Below are positions 1 through 8,712 of a stretch of DNA of 53,830 bases, piece after piece. The position numbers were made by a program, and so were the translations under genes. Source of the DNA: an uncultured candidate division Zixibacteria bacterium (GTDB lineage: Bacteria > Zixibacteria > MSB-5A5 > GN15 > FEB-12); assembly GCA_937900185.1 (NCBI GenBank), contig CALCCW010000229.1:1-53830 (forward strand), given 5' to 3'. Position 1 is the stretch's first letter, and every line of letters begins with the position of its first letter. The notes beneath the pieces were generated by a model. It was not told the origin of the DNA. It worked only from the letters and a program-made list of their open reading frames with translations, and did no database searches.

Positions 1-126
1 TACATATAATTTTTTTACTTGTTTTTTTGTTTATTTTATTTATGTGTTTTTTTTTTTTTTCAAGCAGAAGACGGCATACGAGATATATCAGTGTGACTGG
101 AGTTCAGACGTGTGCTCTTCCGATCT
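1..126. other. Non-biological sequence: T-rich low-complexity junk (1-60) plus Illumina P7 / 8-nt index / TruSeq Read-2 adapter (61-126)
   Basis: 61-84 CAAGCAGAAGACGGCATACGAGAT; 85-92 index ATATCAGT; 93-126 GTGACTGGAGTTCAGACGTGTGCTCTTCCGATCT. Confidence 0.97.
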
Positions 127-754
127 GAATGAAATCCTGTCCCAATTTCCGACCAAGGATAGCTTCACGAAGTGCCGCACCTTTATCTCCAACTTTTTCA
201 GCGGATATAAAAATCTCTGCATCAAGGAAGATTGTTTCAGCATCACTGGACAAACCAGTTGTACGAGGCTGAGGAGCGTTGTTATCATTATGGAACTGAT
301 TAAGTTTTAAACCATAAGATTTTACATTTGAACTTGTAAGTCCACCGAGACGACCAATGCTGTTTGCAAGGAATCCTGATATTGCTGTATATGCAAGGAC
401 TTTTTCAAATCCATAAGCAAGCCCTTCAATAGCAGGTTCGAGTGTTTCTTCAACTATTGTATCGAAAGATACAGTTAAATCACGGTCAGTCAATGCAAAA
501 GAATCATACAAGTGCTGATTCAGTTTAATAGGAATATTATTAAATTTAACATTACTACGCTGAATAGCATTTGTACCTTTTCTTTTCACACTGCGTTTAG
601 TACCTTTGTGAAAGTTTACTGTATCACCTTTTGACGAAGGTTCATCTTTAAACTGTGTAGAAACACGTTTAAGCATGACCATTTTTTCCCAGAATAAGGC
701 AAGTCCAAACTTGTTCCATAATTCCGGTTTGAGAGCATCTATTGAATTAGCCAT
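127..754 (-). CDS. Major capsid protein, N-terminal part (gene split by the contig break; continues at 53663..52958)
   Basis: ATG 754 preceded by AGGAG. It lies directly downstream of the scaffold gene. The N-terminal sequence pattern (PELW..., GDTVNF...) resembles HK97-fold/P22-coat-like capsid proteins. The frame runs into the adapter at 126; the track C-terminus IQIGRAHV is adapter-derived. Confidence 0.75.
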
Positions 755-771
755 TTTTTTTATCTCCTATA

Positions 772-1494
772 TTAAATAGCATTTTTCTTTCTTCTAGCTT
801 CGATAATCTGTTCTACTGACATATCAGCATAAGTATTAACATCACCAGGTTTATTATCACCGCCTTGACCAGGAGTCTTTTGCGTCTTAAATAAATTCCC
901 GTAATTATCTACATCTTCAACCATTGACTTGATGTAGTCTTTAATATTTTTAGCTTCTTCACCAGTACCAATCTTAAAGGAGTGTACGCCCTTATCATCA
1001 ATATCGATATTAACCTTATTAAGAATTAAATCCATAATCTGATTCGAGTGCAAAGCACCTGATTCTTCTGCAACAGTTATAATTTCACGTCCAATTTCAG
1101 CATCAAAGAATTTTTTCTTCCAAGTATCTTTTTCATCAGATAGTTTCCTTGTTGTGCTATTTAAACGCTCTGTTAATTCTGAGTGCTTACGCTTAGCTGA
1201 TTCTTCCTCCGTTTCAACCGTCTGATTCAACTCATCAATACGTGATTGAAGAGCCTGTCTTTCAGCTTCACTTGTGGAATTAAGCTCGGACTGTTTTTTC
1301 AAGTCAGTCGTTAGCTTATCAATTTTAGCTTTTTGAGAGCGTTTCTGCTCCGCTAAAAGTGAGTTCAGTTTATCTTGCGTAATAAGACTTTCCGTAGGCG
1401 GTTTTGGTGGTTCTGCCGGTGGCGGATTTGCCGGTGGCGTTCCACCACTGCTGTTGGTTGGTGCTTCGTAGAAAAATAAATTTCTCCTTTTCAT
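772..1494 (-). CDS. Scaffolding protein (putative)
   Basis: 240 aa with a Pro-rich N-terminus followed by long charged coiled-coil-like sequence (AERQALQSRIDELNQTVETEEESAKRK). Immediately upstream of the capsid gene; GGAG RBS. Confidence 0.6.
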   Translation of the reverse strand: MKRRNLFFYEAPTNSSGGTPPANPPPAEPPKPPTESLITQDKLNSLLAEQKRSQKAKIDKLTTDLKKQSELNSTSEAERQALQSRIDELNQTVETEEESAKRKHSELTERLNSTTRKLSDEKDTWKKKFFDAEIGREIITVAEESGALHSNQIMDLILNKVNIDIDDKGVHSFKIGTGEEAKNIKDYIKSMVEDVDNYGNLFKTQKTPGQGGDNKPGDVNTYADMSVEQIIEARRKKNAI

Positions 1495-1504
1495 AATAAC
1501 TCCT

Positions 1505-1945
1505 TTAACTTACCCTATCTAGTTCTATAACTTTTTCTGTGTTGACGAATTTCAACAACTTAACCCACGCATCATAAGAGGGTACACCATACAACACATG
1601 TTGTGGTGTGTTAAAAACTTCATAGGTTGTTTTACCTGATGCTAAACTGTCAGATTTAATCCGACCATTACCGAAATCCAATTCCGGTATTCGACCCTCA
1701 ATCAGTTTAAGAGCAATTAAACAATTCGCATCTTTAACTTCTTGAGGTACAGCTTCCTGATAATCTCTAGGAAACTCATTATTTTGGGTATCTAATAATT
1801 TTCCCCCTTTAAATTGAATAGAGTCAATTATTTGTTCACCTTTATTAATAGCTTTTTGCTGTTTCACAGGGTCAGCTGTGAGCCATGCTTCAGCCCATAA
1901 TTCAGTGCTAAGATACTCAGTACATTCTGATAATGTTAAATACAT
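1505..1945 (-). CDS. Head-tail connector/adaptor-like protein (gp6/DnaT-like family, putative)
   Basis: 146 aa; called on position in the head module and general sequence pattern. No search run. Confidence 0.4.
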   Translation of the reverse strand: MYLTLSECTEYLSTELWAEAWLTADPVKQQKAINKGEQIIDSIQFKGGKLLDTQNNEFPRDYQEAVPQEVKDANCLIALKLIEGRIPELDFGNGRIKSDSLASGKTTYEVFNTPQHVLYGVPSYDAWVKLLKFVNTEKVIELDRVS

Positions 1946-2277
1946 TTTTTAATCTCCCGTTCTAGTCTAGCAAAATCTATTTCGCCATTGATTGAATATT
2001 TAATCCTTTCATTCCTAATGAATTCTGCTAATTCGGGATAATCCAAAACACACTCATCTGCCGCTTCACTTAAAGAGCCTATAATTTTTAAACGCCTAGA
2101 GCCTTTTTCTTTTAAGATTTCTTTCAATCTTCGTATCATTTCTAAAACGTTATTTATAACACCTATGTGTTCTTCAGCTAAACTGATATGTTCAGGGTAA
2201 CCTTGTATAGACTCTAGCAATAATATATAAGCTACAGCTAAATGTTTTTCAGTACAATCTATACAAGTATCTCTCAT
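1936..2277 (-). CDS. Hypothetical protein
   Basis: 113-aa ORF, co-oriented, overlapping its neighbours by a few nt (translational coupling). Confidence 0.6.
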   Translation of the reverse strand: MRDTCIDCTEKHLAVAYILLLESIQGYPEHISLAEEHIGVINNVLEMIRRLKEILKEKGSRRLKIIGSLSEAADECVLDYPELAEFIRNERIKYSINGEIDFARLEREIKKCI

Positions 2278-2621
2278 TATTTCACCACTACGTTACCTGG
2301 TCCATCAATGTAAACGTTACCGCCAGATTCAGTATGTTTCACCCAATACTTGTATTTACCAACACTTAGTGTGTCAGTTTCAGTATCGGTAGGTGTAACA
2401 GTGAATGAACCTGCTGTCGCAACTACAATAGTTCCAGCTAGTGAAAGTGAAGGTGTTGCGAGACGCCCACTGGTTGGGTGGATTTCAACTACAACTGTAT
2501 CACCAGTAATATCTCTTGCTGAACCATCATCGTTCAGCACCATCAAATTAATTGCCATCTTATCCCCACCCTTTACGAGTGTGATTGTTTCAAGAGCAAT
2601 ACCATCTTTTAAAGACTTCAT
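2277..2621 (-). CDS. Beta-sandwich/Ig-like virion protein (possible decoration protein), putative
   Basis: 114 aa, T/V/G-rich with a beta-strand pattern (GSFTVTPTDTETDTLSVGKYKYWV). Confidence 0.35.
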   Translation of the reverse strand: MKSLKDGIALETITLVKGGDKMAINLMVLNDDGSARDITGDTVVVEIHPTSGRLATPSLSLAGTIVVATAGSFTVTPTDTETDTLSVGKYKYWVKHTESGGNVYIDGPGNVVVK

Positions 2622-2635
2622 AAGTCCTCCTTTTT

Positions 2636-3070
2636 TTATATAAGACCATTAATAGTCCTATATTGTTTTTTATCTATATACTTATTATATTCTGCTATTA
2701 CATCATCGCTAGACCTATCATCTATAAATGATGCGAAACCAAAATACTTAACGGCTAAATAATATTTCCATGCACGTCTTTTTCTCAACCACCGTAATAC
2801 TGATATTGAGTCTTTGTCAATAATCTTTTTCATATTACGGTAAAACCTATCATCAGCTATCTTTTTATTATAGAGTGTACGTTCAACTTTATAAGATGTG
2901 CGTAAATCTATTTTAGCTGGAGTAATATCTAAACCTAAAACTTTATTAGGTAATGCTTTACCAAACCAAGCTAATATTTTAAATTTATAATAATCACGCA
3001 ACTCTTTAGACGATGCTTTTTCAACATAATTACTTGTTTCTAAACCATATTTATTTATTATCTTTTTCAT
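2636..3070 (-). CDS. DUF1353-like protein, diverged paralog of 3051..3470
   Basis: Shares KYGLE..., ...IADD/ADL..., and a W/R-rich C-terminal ...YY.AVKYFG / WFVKEFGG pattern with its neighbour. The track start at 3103 is TTG; the first ATG is at 3070. Confidence 0.4.
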   Translation of the reverse strand: MKKIINKYGLETSNYVEKASSKELRDYYKFKILAWFGKALPNKVLGLDITPAKIDLRTSYKVERTLYNKKIADDRFYRNMKKIIDKDSISVLRWLRKRRAWKYYLAVKYFGFASFIDDRSSDDVIAEYNKYIDKKQYRTINGLI

Positions 3071-3470
3071 TCCAAAATGCTTTGCCTCCAAATTCTTTAA
3101 CAAACCAATAATTCTCTCTTGCTCGATGAATACGATATTTCAGTAAACAACGCTTATTTGTCCATATTCTAATCCACCGTATCAGATTACGTTTCATACG
3201 TAAATCAGCAATAATCTTATCTTCTAACGTTCTACCAAAAGTATACTCCACATCGTGATCTGCTGAAAGTAATTCCCAATTTAACCATCCAACCGTCTTT
3301 GGTATTAGGTAATTATACCAGCGTCCGCTTGCTCCAATACCATTCCATATTTCAAGTATTTCTTTCTGCGATAGTTGCCAGAATAATAAATCCGCTTCAA
3401 GTCCATATTTATGATACATAGACTTAATATCATAATTAAACCGATTCCTGAATTTCGGAAACTTAACCAT
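3051..3470 (-). CDS. DUF1353-family protein (putative)
   Basis: SADHDVEY...IADLRMKRNL...YWFVKEFGGKAFW matches my recollection of the DUF1353 HD...AD...fG pattern. Confidence 0.5.
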   Translation of the reverse strand: MVKFPKFRNRFNYDIKSMYHKYGLEADLLFWQLSQKEILEIWNGIGASGRWYNYLIPKTVGWLNWELLSADHDVEYTFGRTLEDKIIADLRMKRNLIRWIRIWTNKRCLLKYRIHRARENYWFVKEFGGKAFWNEKDNK

Positions 3471-3561
3471 TTCTCCATTCCTTTATAAGCCAGGCTATAA
3501 CAATTAGCATTATGATAACATTAGCACCGAGCATAACTACTGCAGGGTAGTCGATATTCAT
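3463..3561 (-). CDS. 32-aa single-pass membrane peptide
   Basis: Not in the ORF track (under 60 aa). The ATG overlaps the upstream TGA (ATGA) and the stop overlaps the next ATG. Sequence: MNIDYPAVVMLGANVIIMLIVIAWLIKEWRNG. Confidence 0.5.
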   Translation of the reverse strand: MNIDYPAVVMLGANVIIMLIVIAWLIKEWRNG

Positions 3562-3887
3562 TTATCTGTCCCAGTAAACGATTCCCTATCCACACTACCG
3601 AGATAAGTAATACTCTGTTTAACGTGGCTTGTAATCTTTGATTTATAGGTATGACCGTATTTAGTTTCAATCCAACCGAGTCGGACATTCACCACGTTTA
3701 CATTTTGAGCGAACGGCACAGGTATAGAAGCATCAAGCCCTAATACCCTGCATTCAATATCCCTTGCCTCACCTTGACGCAATGCGGTGCACCCCGTAAG
3801 CATCAATACCAGCATTACCATAACAATAAGCATTGTAATTTTCAGGCTCTTGTTTCGTGCTTCAATTTCCGCTGTTGTCTTTTCCAT
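3558..3887 (-). CDS. Lipoprotein (signal peptide with lipobox L-T-G-C)
   Basis: ...ITMLIVMVMLVLMLTGCTAL. The track start at 3893 is TTG; ATG 3887 is preceded by GGGGGATTGATT. Confidence 0.65.
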   Translation of the reverse strand: MEKTTAEIEARNKSLKITMLIVMVMLVLMLTGCTALRQGEARDIECRVLGLDASIPVPFAQNVNVVNVRLGWIETKYGHTYKSKITSHVKQSITYLGSVDRESFTGTDK

Positions 3888-3889
3888 AA

Positions 3890-4093
3890 TCAATCCCCCG
3901 TTAATATTTTATTTCTGTCGAATGTGGAGCATTCGCACACCCTGCAAACGGCACATTCGTTTTCCAGATTCAGGCAGTCTTCTTTGTCTCTATACTTACA
4001 CTTTCCACGATACTCACTAAATGCAGTCTCAAATGCAACGCAATCTCCGCAGTCTTGCTGTAAGTGACATAATGTTGTTAATTCAGTGCTCAT
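3890..4093 (-). CDS. Small Cys-rich protein
   Basis: 67 aa with 9 Cys, including CGDC and CAVCRVCEC. Confidence 0.5.
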   Translation of the reverse strand: MSTELTTLCHLQQDCGDCVAFETAFSEYRGKCKYRDKEDCLNLENECAVCRVCECSTFDRNKILTGD

Positions 4094-4340
4094 TGCATAC
4101 CTCTTTTACAAGTTTTTGTATTGTTGTGAAACAATCCTGTCTGTGATTTGCTATCGCTAATTCAATCATATTATTTAATTCACCATCTGATTTGATGCGT
4201 GAGGTATTCTGCTTCAGCTCTTGTAAATCCTTATCTAAAGGTGCAACCATTAATCTCATGATTAGATACATCAATCCTGCGATTGCGGTAATAGTAGTTA
4301 TCGCAAGTGCGGCGGCTGAAAGTGCTATTGTCCAATTCAT
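4083..4340 (-). CDS. N-terminally anchored membrane protein with coiled-coil ectodomain (holin/i-spanin-like, putative)
   Basis: N-terminal TM segment WTIALSAAALAITTITAIAGLMYLIM followed by a charged helical region. Confidence 0.4.
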   Translation of the reverse strand: MNWTIALSAAALAITTITAIAGLMYLIMRLMVAPLDKDLQELKQNTSRIKSDGELNNMIELAIANHRQDCFTTIQKLVKEVCNEH

Positions 4341-4705
4341 TATTCAAAATCTCCCATTGTTAAGCTCTGCCAAAGATTCTGACTGACGATATAAATTTTT
4401 ATGCCATTACCTATTAACCGTTGAAAATACTCAAGCGGAGTTTCTTTCGGGACAGCAGGTGTATTTTTTTCAGCCTGTGACATAAGCTCAAGTAACTGTT
4501 CGCCCTCAATCATCTTGTAAACGCCCTTAAGCATGCTGTACTCACCTTCTGCCACTTCGCTGTAAACATCAACCTTGACATATATTTCAGTCGTCCGCTT
4601 AATCTCAATCCTGTAACGGAACACCAACTTGCTTTTTTCGCTCAAGTTATCGAGGCTCGTTACAACCGCCCTTTTCGTCCGTATAATCATTTCATTTGTA
4701 AACAT
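4340..4705 (-). CDS. Hypothetical protein
   Basis: 121-aa ORF, co-oriented and tightly packed. Confidence 0.6.
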   Translation of the reverse strand: MFTNEMIIRTKRAVVTSLDNLSEKSKLVFRYRIEIKRTTEIYVKVDVYSEVAEGEYSMLKGVYKMIEGEQLLELMSQAEKNTPAVPKETPLEYFQRLIGNGIKIYIVSQNLWQSLTMGDFE

Positions 4706-4707
4706 AA

Positions 4708-5121
4708 TTATAATCCTAGTATTTGTTTTTTAACTTCACTAATATCAATATTAAGCGACTGCAACGCAGCCTGCGTATCCGCATCATTAAGTTCAATTTC
4801 TATCGCCACACTCCATAACAAACTAAACTTTGCGTTATTTGGATCATTCAGAAACTTAAGCAGTACGTCAAGCTGTCCCATAGCATCCAACGCCCTGACA
4901 ACATCAAGTTTCTTTACCGCCATTACAGCATCAAGCCTTTCCTGTAGCTTTTCGGTGTCTGTTTTCCAGCGGATAATTGCGTTCTCAAAGATTAATTGTG
5001 AAGGATTTCCGCTATTCAAAAATGCTTGATTATCTGCACACTCAATATTATAAAGTCCTGTCTCGTCCCCGTCTTTAAGCGGAACTATCTGCCCGTTCGT
5101 AATGTTAAAAAATCTTTTCAT
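4708..5121 (-). CDS. Hypothetical protein
   Basis: 137-aa ORF, co-oriented. Confidence 0.6.
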   Translation of the reverse strand: MKRFFNITNGQIVPLKDGDETGLYNIECADNQAFLNSGNPSQLIFENAIIRWKTDTEKLQERLDAVMAVKKLDVVRALDAMGQLDVLLKFLNDPNNAKFSLLWSVAIEIELNDADTQAALQSLNIDISEVKKQILGL

Positions 5122-5130
5122 GTTATCTCC

Positions 5131-6714
5131 TTATGTTAATGGTATTTTTTTAAGTTGGACGAAGCCTTTTATAGGTGTTGAATCAGATAAAAACGCCTTA
5201 ATACTTGTAATCTCATTGACGGTGTTTTTCCACAACATCGGAATAAACCCGACATGCCAAGTAGTACTCGCCGTCGCACAATAAATTCGCTGAATCAATA
5301 CCGGACGATACTTTCCACTCTTGGGGAATATCAGCATACGGGCGAATTGCGTGGTTTGCCCCTTCATAGCTCCACCGTACAAGACACTAACAGCCGCATT
5401 AGTGGCAGCAGTAACGGAAGTCCCATGCCCATTTATCATCTGATACTCGTAATTAGTTCCGGTGTCGCCATTTAATTGCACCTCGAACGTTCCGGCATCT
5501 GTTCCCTTGTCAGTAAGTACAGATATAATCTCATAAATCCCGTCTGTGTCGCCTGCTAATCCACTCCATGTTTTACCAGCCGACCAATCACCATCTATCG
5601 CCTCGCGCGAAACAAGCTGGCTCTCGGTGGACGCTCGCTTGTAAAGGACGGCTCTACCAGTCGTGCCACTGGGAATCGTAATATTTATGCTGGTTATCTC
5701 ACTTGCCGTGTTATTCCACCATTGAGCGATATATCGTTGCTGCGGGTCATCAACCGCACCTTGAGATATAACCGCTCGTTGTACGCCGCTTTCCGCCATA
5801 ATGTGATGTCTAGCATTATACGTCTTTCCGGCATCCGCACCTAACATCAGAATAGACGTTGTTGTATTAGCGCCAGCTGTCAATGTGCCAGCTGAATTAT
5901 TTAATAACTGATAAATATAATTGCTTCCGCTGTCGGAATTAAAACGCACAAGAGGATTAAACGCAGAAGCATTCGTCAACCCCTGCAACTCCAATATATA
6001 TTCCTTGTCGGTGTCACCAGCTAAACCAGTGAAGTCAATACTCGTATCGCCTGAAGCTATATCGACGGCAGAAACCTGTTCGTATCCGTCATTTGCTGTG
6101 GATGCTTTCAAACGTCTGAATAGATACGCCTCGAACGTGTAGTTACCGCCACCGCCATTATCAGAAAAATCAATACTCGTAATTTCATTTACTGTATTGT
6201 CCCATAGAAAATTATAAATCTCCGCATATCTTGTCGTATCATAACTACCAAACCCACGCTGTTCAACGCTTCGTTTAGAGCCACTTTTGCCAGTAATAAT
6301 AGTTTCCACTAGTGACATATAATTAGTATCAGTACCATTAAAAGATAAAAGAATAGGACTAGTGGCAGTATTATCCGCATTAACCGAAGTGCCATACCCG
6401 TACATATTCTCACGGGTATAATTAGCACCAGTGTCGCCGTTAAATTGAGCATAAAGATACAGATTAGTGCCAAGTGAAGCCTGAGCCGTAATTATCTTAT
6501 AGTCGTAGGTATCGCCCTCCAAACTATCGAACTTATCAGCAGATGTCAATGTGCGATTAGAAACAATTAATGAATTGCAAGGTCGCCACATTAATTCAGC
6601 AAGTGCAGCAATCTCTTTTTTCCGCATCTGGTATTCCCATTTCGCATTAGCAGGATTCCAGTCCGAAGTTTCTTTCTTCGGCAATATTAAACTGGCTGGA
6701 AGATGTCCCTGCAT
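5131..6714 (-). CDS. Virion-associated protein built from three tandem ~165-aa repeats (fibre/receptor-binding candidate)
   Basis: Each repeat carries GDT(D/Y).(E/D)Y, (F/L)N(G/S)D(T/S)G.NY and W.NT..EITSI motifs. GGAG RBS before ATG 6714. Confidence 0.55.
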   Translation of the reverse strand: MQGHLPASLILPKKETSDWNPANAKWEYQMRKKEIAALAELMWRPCNSLIVSNRTLTSADKFDSLEGDTYDYKIITAQASLGTNLYLYAQFNGDTGANYTRENMYGYGTSVNADNTATSPILLSFNGTDTNYMSLVETIITGKSGSKRSVEQRGFGSYDTTRYAEIYNFLWDNTVNEITSIDFSDNGGGGNYTFEAYLFRRLKASTANDGYEQVSAVDIASGDTSIDFTGLAGDTDKEYILELQGLTNASAFNPLVRFNSDSGSNYIYQLLNNSAGTLTAGANTTTSILMLGADAGKTYNARHHIMAESGVQRAVISQGAVDDPQQRYIAQWWNNTASEITSINITIPSGTTGRAVLYKRASTESQLVSREAIDGDWSAGKTWSGLAGDTDGIYEIISVLTDKGTDAGTFEVQLNGDTGTNYEYQMINGHGTSVTAATNAAVSVLYGGAMKGQTTQFARMLIFPKSGKYRPVLIQRIYCATASTTWHVGFIPMLWKNTVNEITSIKAFLSDSTPIKGFVQLKKIPLT

Positions 6715-6716
6715 AA

Positions 6717-7142
6717 TTAAACTCCGTAATTAGCACCAAACGCTGTGATTGTTAAAGTTTTCGCAGTTGTGACAGCTGATACAACAGAAGCCTGTAATTT
6801 CTGACCAGTTGCAAGCGTAAGAGCTTCATCATCTCTTTTCGCCAATCCCGGTATTACAGCGGGATCAAGCAGACTGACCGCAGGTTTCGCTGTATCATTC
6901 CCGGAACCGGCAGGTACAGAAATTTTACCTAACTGCCGTGAAGCACCGCCATCATAAATTGATAGAATTACTTCCATATTAGCTGAATCGTCGCTGACTA
7001 CATTAATGTCTGTAATCAATGACCCGTTAGTAGCACCATTCACAATATCTTGCGCAGTTGTCCCGTCAGCATTGACAAGAGTGTTTGCAATCTGCGTATT
7101 GTCCGATGTGTTAATCGGTGTTTGTGGATACTTCGCACTCAT
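6717..7142 (-). CDS. Hypothetical structural protein
   Basis: 141 aa, T/S/A/N-rich; lies between fibre-like genes. Confidence 0.5.
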   Translation of the reverse strand: MSAKYPQTPINTSDNTQIANTLVNADGTTAQDIVNGATNGSLITDINVVSDDSANMEVILSIYDGGASRQLGKISVPAGSGNDTAKPAVSLLDPAVIPGLAKRDDEALTLATGQKLQASVVSAVTTAKTLTITAFGANYGV

Positions 7143-8425
7143 TATAAACCTCCAAATAATACTTTATATGCTATATAATCTCCATCACCATCACTCGCAA
7201 TATCACTCATCATTGCATAAATGCCGTCTTTATCAGGATGCTGTTGAACACGAGTTGCACCTGTCGTAATAAGGCTGTAGTCTTCTGTGAGCTTCTTCGT
7301 GTTGTCCGTGTTGTCCATGTAGGTGTTGATAAATGTGCAGAGTTCATATTCGACATTATAAATATAAATAAACATATTATCTGTACCGACATTAGCACAA
7401 GCTCTAAATGCTTTATCTGTTGCCGCTATATAATTATTATTAAGCATATTACAGGAATTGAATGCAGTAGAAGCTCTTTCTGCTCTATTACCATAACACT
7501 GGTAGCAATATCCTACACCATTGTAAAACCATTTGAAATTATTGCCGATAAATGGATAACAACCCCACGCAAAATATTGACCACTCCAAGAATGGGAAGT
7601 TATTTCGCCTTTATTATAAAGTGATTGACAATTATTAAAACCTTTAGAATTTGCCACACTGTCATACAATCCGCAATATCGCACTATAGGATATGGACTG
7701 ATAGTATCATAACCCGTTACCGCATATCCCCTGACATTCAGAAACTTAATATTCTCAATTATCAAATCGTTACTTGAACACTTAATACAGTCGGTAATAC
7801 TCGTATTATTCGCACCGTCAAAATCCCATATAGTAGTTTCCCTGCTCTCACCGCTAATCAGTTTGACATTAGCGTGTGCCACGAGCGGATTCGCTTCGTT
7901 GTCAGTGCATTTGTATGTGCCTATTACTTTAATCGTACTATAAACACCGCTCTCGCAAACTGAGACAAGTTCATCCCAGCCACGTGTTACAGTGTATTCC
8001 AGTTCCCCTGTGGCAGTCCAGTTAGTAATATCAGCATCAGGAGCTGTCCCTATACTGCCTGTTAAATTCTTGTATTCCACCCCATTGTATATAATTCTAT
8101 CATCTGTATTAACTGAAGCCCCCGAAGCAACAAGCCCCGTCCAATCATTCACATTAACCAATGTAATAGCGTCTTCACTAATTTGTGATTGGAATTTACA
8201 CTGATTCCAGCTAGACCCGTCATAGATATAAAATCCTTTAGGATATTGATAATAATGCACAAGTGCAAATACACCACCACTTCCAATTCTTACATTATAG
8301 ATATCACCATCAGATGCAGATATAGCGGCAAAGTCAGAATAATAATCAACTACCCCCTTAACAGGTCCTGAACTTCCAGAATCTTTCAGTCTACCACGAT
8401 TTAAGATATAATCATATAAATACAT
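7142..8425 (-). CDS. Fibre/tailspike-like protein with probable right-handed beta-helix region (putative)
   Basis: 427 aa with a repetitive N/G/C-containing turn pattern (NVKLISGES..., IIENIKFLNVRGYAVTG..., NNCQS..., NSCNMLNNNYI). Confidence 0.35.
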   Translation of the reverse strand: MYLYDYILNRGRLKDSGSSGPVKGVVDYYSDFAAISASDGDIYNVRIGSGGVFALVHYYQYPKGFYIYDGSSWNQCKFQSQISEDAITLVNVNDWTGLVASGASVNTDDRIIYNGVEYKNLTGSIGTAPDADITNWTATGELEYTVTRGWDELVSVCESGVYSTIKVIGTYKCTDNEANPLVAHANVKLISGESRETTIWDFDGANNTSITDCIKCSSNDLIIENIKFLNVRGYAVTGYDTISPYPIVRYCGLYDSVANSKGFNNCQSLYNKGEITSHSWSGQYFAWGCYPFIGNNFKWFYNGVGYCYQCYGNRAERASTAFNSCNMLNNNYIAATDKAFRACANVGTDNMFIYIYNVEYELCTFINTYMDNTDNTKKLTEDYSLITTGATRVQQHPDKDGIYAMMSDIASDGDGDYIAYKVLFGGL

Positions 8426-8427
8426 AT

Positions 8428-8712
8428 TTACCTGTAAGTTAGTGATGTACGGTTTGTTGCAATATTATCATAATTACTATTACCATCAGCCCATATAATA
8501 GTAGTAATACCGGAATTAACTACAACTTTCATAATTTGCCAATAAGGTGAATCTAAACTTGTACCACAAGGAGCAGTACAAATATATGTTGTATTTGTAA
8601 CACTTTCATCTATTACTTTTTTCAAAGCAGGTACTACATCTATAGATTCAACTCTATGTTTGGTATATTTATTAAACTCATTAAAAGCATTATCTTTATT
8701 GTCATTAATCAT
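8428..8712 (-). CDS. Hypothetical protein
   Basis: 94-aa ORF overlapping the portal stop. Confidence 0.55.
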   Translation of the reverse strand: MINDNKDNAFNEFNKYTKHRVESIDVVPALKKVIDESVTNTTYICTAPCGTSLDSPYWQIMKVVVNSGITTIIWADGNSNYDNIATNRTSLTYR

